This document shows, piece by piece, positions 24,277 through 32,768 of a stretch of DNA of 38,417 nt. The stretch is from contig JAJYHF010000035.1 in the NCBI GenBank assembly GCA_021784875.1, positions 1 through 38,417 of the forward strand. The letters run 5' to 3'. Made by a program: the position numbers and the translations under genes. Positions within the stretch are counted from its first letter, which is position 1; each line of letters begins with the position of its first letter. This DNA is from a bacterium (GTDB lineage Bacteria; Patescibacteriota; Minisyncoccia; Phycocordibacterales; Phycocordibacteraceae). The notes beneath the pieces are model-generated. The model was not told the origin of the DNA and did no database searches. It worked only from the letters and a program-made list of their open reading frames with translations.

Positions 24277-24370
24277 AAATATACGCTACCGCACATAACC
24301 AATTTCGCAACCCAAAAAGGGTGGATTATGGTTGGTTGTACTCTGTCCTATAGCGTGCTTTTAGAATCCA

Positions 24371-26053
24371 TTAGCGGGGCAGGTCGACGGTGGCGGCGAC
24401 TTCGGAGAGGGAAGTGACGCCTGCGAGCGCCTTGAGGATGCCGTCCTGCGCCATGGTGAGGTAGCCCTGCTTGGTGGCGAGCTTGGCGATGTCGGCATCG
24501 GGCGGATTGTCGCGAAGGAAGTGCGCGAGCTCGTCGTCCATGAAGATCGCTTCGTAGAGGCCGATGCGGCCTTTGTAGCCGGTACTATCGCCTTCGGCGA
24601 CTGGTTCCCAGACGGTCTCGATCTTCTCCGGGATGAGGGACTTGTCCTCGAGCGGTTCGAATACCTTGGCGATCATCGCCTTCTCCTCGTGGGTGAGCGG
24701 CCGCTCTTTCTTCTGGTCGGGATCGAGGCGGCGCAGGAGGCGCTGCGCCATCGAGACGGTGACGGCCGAGCCGAAGGACTTCGGGTCCGCGCCGAGGTCC
24801 ACGAGGCGGGGGAAGGTGCCCGCCGCGTCGTTGGTATGCAGGGTCGAGAAGACGAAGTGACCGGTGAGCGCGGCCTGAATGGCGATATCAGCCGTCTCGC
24901 CATCGCGGATCTCGCCGACCATGATGACATCCGGGTCCTGGCGGACGATTGCGCGGAGACCGTCGGCGAAGGTGTACTGCTCACCCGCGACCTGCGTCTG
25001 CACGATACCCTCGAGATGATATTCGACCGGATCCTCGATGGTGATGATCTTGGTTTCCGGCGTATGGATCTCGCGGAGGAAGGAATAGAGCGTGGTTGTC
25101 TTACCCGAGCCGGTCGGACCGGTGGTGAGGAGCATGCCGTTCGGGCGCCGGATCTCCTCTTCGAGGCGAGCGAGGAGCTTCGGGTGGATGCCGAGCTCCT
25201 TATAGGAAACCTGGGTCGCCTTCGGATCGAGGATACGCATTACGATCGCTTCGCCGTAGTTGCCGGGGATGAAGGAGACGCGCATCTCGACCTCGCCGCC
25301 GTCGGCGGAGGTGACCGAGAAGCGGCCGTCCTGCGCGCGGTTGGTGACGTTGAGCTTCACGCCTGAAAGGAGTTTGATGCGTGAATTGATCTGTCGCGCG
25401 GTCTCAGAGTCGAAGAAGTAGACGTCGGTGAGTACGCCGTCGATGCGGAGGCGCAGACGCGTCTTCTCCTCTTCGGGCTCGATATGGATGTCCGAGGCGC
25501 GGAGCGCGAAGGCGCCTGCGAGGACGGTCTCGAAGATGCGCGAGACGCGATTGAGCGATTTCAGGTTGACCGCTTCGTCGAGTTTCGCGGTGAGTGCGCC
25601 GCGAGCACTGCTGTCGCGGCTTATCTCGTCGAACACGCCCTGGTCGACGGCGAAACTGCCCGCTCTCGATTCGGTAGCGAGGGAGAGGTCGCCGTAATGT
25701 TCGAGCGCCAGATCGATACTCTTCTTCGAGGCGAGGTATTCGGTGAGGGAGAATCCTCGAGCGACGAGGTCCTCGCGGAGCTTCTGATACGCGGGATTGT
25801 TCGGGTTACGGACGGCGATGGAAAGCGCTTCGGCAACGCGGGCGAAGGCGACCGTTTCTGCCTCGCGCGCGTCCTTCTCCGGGATGGTGCGGAGCGCGTC
25901 ATTGTCGATCTCCTGCATCGAGAGGTCGGCATAACCCATGCCGTACTTCTCGGAGAGAATACGGGCGACATCCTCCTCCTCCCGCAGATGTGTCTCGGCG
26001 AGCTCCCGCTCCTCCTTGCTCGTGTCGAATGGCAGGTCCATAAAGGGCATCAT
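24371..26053 (-). CDS. pilB: GspE/PilB-family type II/IV secretion (type IV pilus assembly) ATPase
   Basis: 560 aa. N-terminal GSPII_E_N-like domain. Walker A TTGPTGSGKTTTLYS. DPDVIMVGEIRD. FVFSTLHTNDA. Confidence 0.9.
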   Translation of the reverse strand: MMPFMDLPFDTSKEERELAETHLREEEDVARILSEKYGMGYADLSMQEIDNDALRTIPEKDAREAETVAFARVAEALSIAVRNPNNPAYQKLREDLVARGFSLTEYLASKKSIDLALEHYGDLSLATESRAGSFAVDQGVFDEISRDSSARGALTAKLDEAVNLKSLNRVSRIFETVLAGAFALRASDIHIEPEEEKTRLRLRIDGVLTDVYFFDSETARQINSRIKLLSGVKLNVTNRAQDGRFSVTSADGGEVEMRVSFIPGNYGEAIVMRILDPKATQVSYKELGIHPKLLARLEEEIRRPNGMLLTTGPTGSGKTTTLYSFLREIHTPETKIITIEDPVEYHLEGIVQTQVAGEQYTFADGLRAIVRQDPDVIMVGEIRDGETADIAIQAALTGHFVFSTLHTNDAAGTFPRLVDLGADPKSFGSAVTVSMAQRLLRRLDPDQKKERPLTHEEKAMIAKVFEPLEDKSLIPEKIETVWEPVAEGDSTGYKGRIGLYEAIFMDDELAHFLRDNPPDADIAKLATKQGYLTMAQDGILKALAGVTSLSEVAATVDLPR

Positions 26054-26084
26054 ACCATTGCCTCCCGGCGCTTCTGCGGCGTTC

Positions 26085-26113
26085 TTGACAAAATAGGAAA
26101 GCCAGTTCAGTAT
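26085..26113 (+). promoter_or_regulatory. possible promoter of the exonuclease-like gene
   Basis: TTGACA (26085-26090), 17-nt spacer, CAGTAT (26108-26113). Confidence 0.3.
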
Positions 26114-26159
26114 ATGTCCAGAAGGTCGTTAAATAACCATAATTAAGGGGGAATCGGAA

Positions 26160-26854
26160 TTGGAACCGAAACCGAAGGAACAGAAAAGAATCTATATCGC
26201 CAACGACATCGAGTGCACTGGAAATACGGTCGGCATTCACAGCGTCATGTCATGGGGTGCCTGCGTGGTAACGCGGGAGAAACTGACTAAGGAAGAGCGT
26301 CTCAAGGAAGGACTTACTTTCTATGCCGAATTCAAGCCGAAAAGTTCGCGCTTTGAGCCCGAGGCTGTGAAGATCGGCTGCGCCGGTCTCAGTTTCGTAA
26401 AGGTCATGAAAGTGACCGACTTGAGATTCGACCCAGCTTCAAAGGAATTCGATCCCGGGCTCGTCGTCACAGGCCTCTATGATCTTGGCGAAGGAGTGTT
26501 TGAGGGCGTCTCACGCTTCATGAGGTGGATCAAGGATATTAAGGAGACTGCTGGTGGAGATGTGCGGATCGTCCCGGTGACGGACACGGTTTTTTTGACT
26601 CCGTGTTCATAGCAAACCTTTTCCAGGACTACTGCTACAAAACAGGGGAAGCAAATCCCTACGGCTGGTCGGGTATCGACCTCGATTCCTTGTACCGAGG
26701 TTATGCCCGAGAAATGGGAGCCAACCTAAAGGACTTGGGGCTAACGGACGACAGGGAAACGGCGCATTGTGCTCTGGATGACGCGATGTACCTAGCCGAT
26801 ATGGCGAGCGAACTTATATACCGCCGTATTGGAGAATGGGAGGTGATGAAATGA
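26160..26854 (+). pseudogene. DEDDh-type 3'-5' exonuclease-like gene split by a -1 frame change at a T7 run
   Basis: ORF 26160..26612 carries Exo I (IANDIECTG). ORF 26603..26854 carries Exo III (HCALDDAMYLA). Joining them at TTTTTTG (26591-97) gives ..VTDTVFFDSVFIANLF.. (Exo II-like). The start is TTG with SD AAGGGGGA. Confidence 0.6.
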
Positions 26855-27090
26855 AAAAGTTCGCCATTCTTTTCGTGACGATCATCATTCTGTTCGCGAC
26901 GGGGTGTGCCGTGGGGGTATACAACCCCAAGACAGGGGATACTCAGTTGATGGGTGTCTTCCCGGTTGCTACGCCGGCGTATCCGGCAACGGCGGTGGCT
27001 CCATATCCGTATTACTCTTACCCGTGCTACTACCCCTATCCGTACTACTATGGATATGGGTGGCACTACCGGCACTGGCGCCGGTGGTAA
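26851..27090 (+). CDS. small lipoprotein with a Tyr/Pro-rich tail
   Basis: MKKFAILFVTIIILFATGC has a lipobox. The tail reads APYPYYSYPCYYPYPYYYGYGWHYRHWRRW. SD GGGAGGTGA upstream. The ATG overlaps the upstream TGA. Confidence 0.6.
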   Translation: MKKFAILFVTIIILFATGCAVGVYNPKTGDTQLMGVFPVATPAYPATAVAPYPYYSYPCYYPYPYYYGYGWHYRHWRRW

Positions 27091-27107
27091 GACAAACAAC
27101 GGTTCAT

Positions 27108-27141
27108 ACGCCCGCTTCGAGAGAAGCGGGCGTCATCTTTT
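27108..27141 (+). terminator. rho-independent-type terminator
   Basis: ACGCCCGCTTC-GAGA-GAAGCGGGCGT (11-bp stem) followed by CATCTTTT. Confidence 0.55.
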
Positions 27142-27158
27142 GGCGGTACAATAGCGGG

Positions 27159-27608
27159 ATGGAGAAGGAGATAGGCTCGATCGGGGAGCTTGAGGCCGAG
27201 GCGAAGCGGTTTGCCGAAAGATTGAAGCCTCGCGCTGAGAGCGCGACGCTGGTCACACTCTCGGGCGAGCTCGGGGCGGGGAAGACGGCCTTCACGAAGG
27301 CAGTCGCGAAGGCGTTCGGGGTCGAGGAGGAGGTGACGAGCCCGACCTTCGTGCTGGAGAAGATCTATACCTTGCCCACGCCGCGGAGCGGCGCGGGCTT
27401 CTCACGTCTGGTCCATATCGACGCATACCGGCTCGCCTCGGGCGCCGATCTCGCGGCGCTCGGCTTCACCGAACTCATGCGTGATCCTGGTACCCTGATC
27501 CTGCTCGAGTGGCCGGAGCGGGTCGCGGACCTGTTGCCGCCCGTTACGATCCGCATCGCCCTTGCCGCTCGCGAAGACGGCATCCATACCATTTCCTATG
27601 ACGAATAA
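27159..27608 (+). CDS. tsaE: tRNA t6A37 biosynthesis ATPase TsaE
   Basis: LSGELGAGKTAFTKAVAKAFG...VTSPTFVL...HIDAYRL. Confidence 0.88.
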   Translation: MEKEIGSIGELEAEAKRFAERLKPRAESATLVTLSGELGAGKTAFTKAVAKAFGVEEEVTSPTFVLEKIYTLPTPRSGAGFSRLVHIDAYRLASGADLAALGFTELMRDPGTLILLEWPERVADLLPPVTIRIALAAREDGIHTISYDE

Positions 27609-29982
27609 GAAGCGCCTCGTCCTCCTCGACGCGCACGCGATCATCCATCGCGCCTATCACGCGCTGCCCGAGTTCACGAGCCCTTCTGGCGAGCCGACCG
27701 GCGCGCTCTACGGCCTCGTCTCGATGCTCCTGAAGATTATCACTGAGCTCCGTCCCGATTATCTTGCCGCCTGTTACGACCTGCCGAAGCCTACCATCCG
27801 TCACGAGGCGTTCGAAGGGTATAAAGGCACTCGCGCCGCGATTGACGACGCGCTCGCGCGGCAGCTCCAGGAGTCGCGCAAGATCTTCGAAGCGTTTTCC
27901 ATACCGATCTACGAGAAAGAAGGTTTTGAGGCGGACGACCTCCTCGGCACCATCGCACACGGATTGAAAGGAGAGAAAGTCGACGTCATCATCGCTTCGG
28001 GCGACATGGACACGCTTCAGCTCGTCGATAATGCTCGCGTCCGTGTCTACACGTTGAAGAAGGGCATGGGCGACACCATTCTCTACGATGAGAAGGCGGT
28101 GAAAGAACGTTTCGGCTTCCCGCCTGCGCTTATCCCCGACTACAAAGGTCTGCGCGGCGATCCCTCCGACAACATCAAAGGCGTTCCGGGTATCGGCGAG
28201 AAGATGGCGACCGAGCTCATCACTGCCTTCGGCAGTGTCGAGGACATCTACGCGAAGCTCGGCAAGAAGGGCGGCGAGGACGCTTTCAAGAAGAAAGGGA
28301 TCAAGGCGCGCGCCATCACGCTCCTTAAGGAGCACGAGGAGGACGCGCGGCTTTCGAAGGCGCTTGCGACCATCCGCCTCGACGCGCCGATCGCCTTCTC
28401 GCTTCCGCAGGAGCCGTGGGGCAGGGCGGTCAAGGAAGCGACCGTGCTCGCCGCCTTCGACGGATTCGGCTTCCGCTCCTTGCGCGACCGAGCGAAGACG
28501 GTGATCGAGCGTGCTTCAGGCATCGCGAGCGAAGACATTGAGGAAGCGGAGCAAGAGTCGCCACAAGAGGAAATCGACCCGACAAAGCTCGCCGAGGCGG
28601 CGGTGAAGCTCTGGCTCATCTCCTCCGAGTTCACCAATCCTTCGCTCGACGACGTTCTCGCCTTTACCAAGAAACGGACCTTCGCCGAGGCTGACGCCGA
28701 ACTCACGAAGCTCGTCCGCGAGACGGGGCGCCTACAGGACGTCTACGAGCGCATCGAGAAGCCGCTTATCGGGGTCGTACGTGGGATGGAAGAGCGTGGC
28801 ATCTTGGTCGACAAGGACGTGCTCGCGAGGCTTGCGGAAGAGTATCGGGCAGAACTGCGGACGATCGAGAAGCGCGTCTACGAGCGCGCTGGGCGCGAGT
28901 TCAACGTGAGCTCGCCGAAGCAGCTCGGCGAGGTGCTCTTCGACGAGCTCCATATCGTCCCCGAGAAACAGAAGCGGACGGCCGGGGGCATGCGTTCGAC
29001 GCGCGAGAGCGAGCTCGAGAAGATCCGCGACGCGCACCCGATCGTCGGCGATGTGCTCGAGTATCGCGAGCTGAAGAAGCTCCTTTCCACCTACATCGAG
29101 AACCTGCCAGCACAGCTCGGAGCGGACGGTCGCCTGCACGCCGAGTTCATCCAGACTGGCACGACGACCGGCCGCATGGCCTCGCAGAATCCGAACCTTC
29201 AGAACATCCCGCTTCACTCCGAGCGCGGGCGGGCGATCCGACACGCGTTCGTCGCGTCGGAGGGCTTCACGCTCGTTGCGCTCGACTATTCTCAGGTCGA
29301 GCTCCGGCTCGCGGCGATCCTCTCGGGCGATGAGAAGCTCTGCGGCATCTTCCGCGCGGGTCGCGACGTGCATACGGAAGTGGCGGCAATGGTATTCGGT
29401 GTCGCTCCCGACGCGGTCGACCGCGAGATGCGCCGCCGGGCCAAAGTGATCAACTTCGGCATCCTCTATGGTATGGGCGTCAACGCGCTCCGCGTCCAGC
29501 TCGGGAGCACGACCGCCGAGGCACACAAGTTCCTCGACGATTATTTCCATACCTTCACGGCGCTTACGGAGTATCTCGAATCGACCAAGGGCTTCGCGCG
29601 TAAGAACGGCTACACCGAGACCCTCTTCGGTCGTCGCCGACAGTTCCCGGAGATGAAGTCGTCGCTACCGTATGTCCGCGCACAAGCGGAGCGCATGGCG
29701 ATCAATGCGCCGATCCAAGGCACCTCGGCGGATCTCGTCAAGCTCGCGATGGTACGAGTCGACGAGATGCTCGAGCGGGAAGGAGGCCGAGAAGACGCCC
29801 ACCTGCTTCTGCAGGTGCACGACGAGCTCGTTTATGAGATTCGCTCGGAACATGTCGGCAAGTTCTCGCCGGCGATCCGACGGATCATGGAATCGGCGCT
29901 TGAGGGAGAGGAGACGTACGGCGTTCCTATCCTTGCGACGATGAAGTCCGGCCCCGATTGGGGAAGTCTAGCGAGCGTCTAG
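27598..29982 (+). CDS. polA: DNA polymerase I
   Basis: 5' nuclease domain (LVLLDAHAIIHRAYHAL, GDPSDNIKGVPGIGEK). Polymerase motifs LVALDYSQVELRLAA, RRRAKVINFGILYG and LLQVHDELVYE. The ATG at 27598 overlaps the tsaE end. Confidence 0.93.
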   Translation: MTNKKRLVLLDAHAIIHRAYHALPEFTSPSGEPTGALYGLVSMLLKIITELRPDYLAACYDLPKPTIRHEAFEGYKGTRAAIDDALARQLQESRKIFEAFSIPIYEKEGFEADDLLGTIAHGLKGEKVDVIIASGDMDTLQLVDNARVRVYTLKKGMGDTILYDEKAVKERFGFPPALIPDYKGLRGDPSDNIKGVPGIGEKMATELITAFGSVEDIYAKLGKKGGEDAFKKKGIKARAITLLKEHEEDARLSKALATIRLDAPIAFSLPQEPWGRAVKEATVLAAFDGFGFRSLRDRAKTVIERASGIASEDIEEAEQESPQEEIDPTKLAEAAVKLWLISSEFTNPSLDDVLAFTKKRTFAEADAELTKLVRETGRLQDVYERIEKPLIGVVRGMEERGILVDKDVLARLAEEYRAELRTIEKRVYERAGREFNVSSPKQLGEVLFDELHIVPEKQKRTAGGMRSTRESELEKIRDAHPIVGDVLEYRELKKLLSTYIENLPAQLGADGRLHAEFIQTGTTTGRMASQNPNLQNIPLHSERGRAIRHAFVASEGFTLVALDYSQVELRLAAILSGDEKLCGIFRAGRDVHTEVAAMVFGVAPDAVDREMRRRAKVINFGILYGMGVNALRVQLGSTTAEAHKFLDDYFHTFTALTEYLESTKGFARKNGYTETLFGRRRQFPEMKSSLPYVRAQAERMAINAPIQGTSADLVKLAMVRVDEMLEREGGREDAHLLLQVHDELVYEIRSEHVGKFSPAIRRIMESALEGEETYGVPILATMKSGPDWGSLASV

Positions 29983-30017
29983 CTGTTCCTAAGTAGGGGG
30001 TTAAGGCGACAAAATAG

Positions 30018-30046
30018 TTGCCAGAATTACCAATCTAATCTATGAT
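30018..30046 (+). promoter_or_regulatory. sigma70-like promoter of the HigB/HigA-ImmA module
   Basis: TTGCCA (30018-23), 17-nt spacer, TATGAT (30041-46). Confidence 0.45.
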
Positions 30047-30103
30047 ATTTCTATACACACGATGGGTAAATAAAAGTTGCGGGCAATCCTTTTTTGAGAT
30101 AGT

Positions 30104-30420
30104 ATGAAAATACACTGGAAACGCCAGAAGTTGTACGACACGGTGCAGCAATATGCCCAAAGTAACCGCATTACTGCTCGTCGTATGATTAGTATAGAAG
30201 GGGCGACCAACTTCTTGGATCTGTGTCCAGATAGTATGGGTCGAGCACATTTTTTGGAAGGAGAGTATGAGGGCTGTTTTCACTCGATTTAGAGAAAAAA
30301 GGAAATGGGAAGCGTCTCATCTGTGTGCCGCACGGCGATTTCAAGAAGAAGGGTGCTCAGTATATGAAAGAGACTATTACCGAGTTCGAGGTGGTAAAGA
30401 TAACGGACTACCACAAATAA
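30104..30420 (+). pseudogene. higB: HigB-type (RelE/ParE superfamily 'killer') toxin gene with a -1 frame disruption
   Basis: Frame A gives MKIHWKRQKLYD...AHFLEGEYEGCFHSI*. The -1 frame continues ..SLDLEKKGNGKRLICV...EFEVVKITDYHK*. The L.G...G..S....R.... DYH pattern matches HigB as I recall it. Confidence 0.4.
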
Positions 30421-30426
30421 AAACTT

Positions 30427-31575
30427 ATGATGATGAAAATAAAAGGGCAGATGGTCGGCTGGGAGTCCCCGATTGCTGTCCACCCAGGTGAGTTCTTGGC
30501 GGAGATGCTTGAAGAGTTCCGTATGACACAAGCAGATCTTGCGGAGCGCATCGGTATCTCAACGAAGGTGCTCAATGAGATTGTGAAGGGCAAGAACCCG
30601 ATTACGCGCACGACCGCCTTCAAATTGAGCAAGGTGTTCCCGGTATCTGCGGAATACTGGACGAATCTCCAGCAGATCTATGAGGCAGACAAGGCACGAC
30701 TCGAAGAAGGGGTACGTCTCGCGAGCGAGGTGAAGAACTATCTCCCGCTCCTTCAGCACACCTACAAGCAACTCGCGGCGCTCGGCGGTTCGTTTGTGAG
30801 TGGTCTCCGTTGGACGGAGAAGTCGTTTCAAGTGATTGCACTTGAGTTGCAACGGTTCTTCGGTGTTGACTCGTTCGAGTATATTGGTTCGACGACGCAG
30901 GTTGCTTTTCGTAAGCATAACCGTGACAACCTTGATCCGTACGCGCTCGCTGCATGGATTCGTATCGGCGAGATAAAGGCACAAAAGACACAAACCGTCC
31001 CCTATGATGAAAAGAAACTCAAGGCAAGTTTACCGAAACTGAAGCGTTTATCACGTGAGAGGAAAGAAGCATATCTACCAGAGATAGAACAGATGCTCGC
31101 TGATTGTGGCATTGTCGTGGCGTACATGCCACTCATAAGCAACACGCACGCACAAGGTGCGGCGAAGTGGGTCGCGCCAGACAAAGTACTTCTCATGCTG
31201 AATACGCACAAACGAGACGAAGGGAAGTTTTGGTTCAACCTATTCCACGAACTCGGACACATTCTTCTGCACAGCAAGAAGGAGTGTTTCGTCGATCTTG
31301 ATACTGAGCGGGATGGCAAGGTGGAAAAAGAAGCTGATGAGTTCGCACAAAAGTGGCTTATTAATGACTTCGACGCGACGATTATCACCTTCCGTAAGGA
31401 GATGAATACTTCTCACGACATAAAGTCGGCTGTTCATGCTGCAGCTAAAGCGAACAATGTCTCGGACGCAATCATTGCAGGTCGCCTCACAAATGAGTTC
31501 AAACATGACCGGCGTATTTACGCAATCATGAATGATTTCTTGCAGGAGCGAATCGATACGGTAAACGTACTATGA
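30427..31575 (+). CDS. higA: HigA-type XRE HTH antitoxin fused to an ImmA/IrrE zinc metallopeptidase domain
   Basis: HPGEFLAEMLEEFRMTQADLAERIGISTKVLNEIVKGKNPIT..AEYWTNLQ is the HigA HTH. FHELGHILLH is an HExxH motif in the C-terminal half. Confidence 0.85.
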   Translation: MMMKIKGQMVGWESPIAVHPGEFLAEMLEEFRMTQADLAERIGISTKVLNEIVKGKNPITRTTAFKLSKVFPVSAEYWTNLQQIYEADKARLEEGVRLASEVKNYLPLLQHTYKQLAALGGSFVSGLRWTEKSFQVIALELQRFFGVDSFEYIGSTTQVAFRKHNRDNLDPYALAAWIRIGEIKAQKTQTVPYDEKKLKASLPKLKRLSRERKEAYLPEIEQMLADCGIVVAYMPLISNTHAQGAAKWVAPDKVLLMLNTHKRDEGKFWFNLFHELGHILLHSKKECFVDLDTERDGKVEKEADEFAQKWLINDFDATIITFRKEMNTSHDIKSAVHAAAKANNVSDAIIAGRLTNEFKHDRRIYAIMNDFLQERIDTVNVL

Positions 31576-32267
31576 TCTACCTCTTCCATGGTTCCGATGA
31601 GGCGAAAGCGCGGACGAAGGCGTTCGAATGGATCGCAAAAGCGCGCGAGAAGGAGCCGAACCTCGCCTACGCGCGCCTCGCGCGCGAGGACCTTACGGAC
31701 GCCACCCTTGAGCAGGCGGCGCTCTCGGGCGGGCTCTTCGTGAAGCGGCTCCTGGTGCTCATCGACAATCCCTATCAGACTGTGCGTGGCAGTGACGATG
31801 AAGAAAGCGCACCGGCGACGAATCTGCTCGACGATCATCTCGATGTGCTCACCGCCTCGGAGAATGCGATCCTCATCCTCGCGCCCAAGCTCATGGCGGC
31901 CAAACAGAAGAAGCTCGCGGGCCTCGCGAAGGCGGAATATAAGTACGACAAACCCGCGGCCGTCTCCGGCGGCCGCGGATTCAACTCCGCGCTGGTGAAC
32001 GCGCTCGCCTTCCGCTCGCGCGAGAAGCTCTGGCTCGAGGTTGAGCGCGCGCTCCGGGCTGGCGACGCGCCCGAGATGCTCCACGGCCTCCTGCACTGGA
32101 AGGCGCGCGACCTGATGGACCTGCCTGCCGGCAGGCAGGGAAGGGCGGCGTGGACTCGGGATGAAGCGAGACGACTCTCCCTCGACCTCATCGAACTCCT
32201 CCAATCCTCCCGCCGCGGCGGCCTCTCGCTCCCCTTGGCCCTCGAGCGCTTCGTATTGTCGGTTTAA
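31572..32267 (+). CDS. holA: DNA polymerase III delta subunit-like protein (short)
   Basis: MIYLFHGSDEAKARTKAFEWI...SGGLFVKRLLVLID resembles the HolA N-terminal domain. Assignment is by weak motif resemblance only. Confidence 0.5.
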   Translation: MIYLFHGSDEAKARTKAFEWIAKAREKEPNLAYARLAREDLTDATLEQAALSGGLFVKRLLVLIDNPYQTVRGSDDEESAPATNLLDDHLDVLTASENAILILAPKLMAAKQKKLAGLAKAEYKYDKPAAVSGGRGFNSALVNALAFRSREKLWLEVERALRAGDAPEMLHGLLHWKARDLMDLPAGRQGRAAWTRDEARRLSLDLIELLQSSRRGGLSLPLALERFVLSV

Positions 32268-32650
32268 AGTCCTTCGCCGCGTTCCGCTTCGCGGAGGCGG
32301 ACTTCGGTCTCGTCCATGCCGAAGTGGTGGGCGAACTCGTGCCAGATCGTCTCGGCGATGACGTCGCGCACGTCTTTTCCATCCTCCTCGGCCGCTGCCT
32401 CGATGGGGAACTGGTAGAGGGTGATGGTGTCAGGGAGCTCCATACTCGCCTCGTAGCTGCGGGCGTTCCGCGGGACGCCCTGATAGAGGCCGAGCAGGGT
32501 CTCGTCGTCCCCTAGCTTCTCGAGCTCGCGGACTTCCTCCGACGGTTCGTCCTCGAGGAGGAGGGCGACATTCTCGATCTGTTTACGCACCCGCTCCGGC
32601 AGGCGCTCGTAGCCTTCCTCGATCATTTTCTCGAACGCCGCGCGTTCCAT
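32264..32650 (-). CDS. metallopeptidase-family protein (Zincin_1/DUF1025-like)
   Basis: 128 aa. LPERVRKQIENVALLLEDEP...LGLYQGVP...WHEFAHHFGMDE. Confidence 0.78.
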   Translation of the reverse strand: MERAAFEKMIEEGYERLPERVRKQIENVALLLEDEPSEEVRELEKLGDDETLLGLYQGVPRNARSYEASMELPDTITLYQFPIEAAAEEDGKDVRDVIAETIWHEFAHHFGMDETEVRLREAERGEGL

Positions 32651-32651
32651 G

Positions 32652-32724
32652 TGCGCCCACCTGGACTCGAACCAGGGACCGTCTCCTTAAAAGGGAGCTG
32701 CTCTACCGACTGAGCTATGGGCGC
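32652..32724 (-). tRNA. tRNA-Lys (anticodon UUU), CCA not encoded
   Basis: The minus strand reads GCGCCCATAGCTCAGTCGGTAGAGCAGCTCCCTTTTAAGGAGACGGTCCCTGGTTCGAGTCCAGGTGGGCGCA. It folds as a cloverleaf with a 7-bp acceptor stem, GTTCGAGTC T-arm and anticodon loop CTTTTAA. Confidence 0.9.
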
Positions 32725-32768
32725 ATTCCTCCTGTCGCATCCACTTTACCTCTTTCACCTTATCTTTT

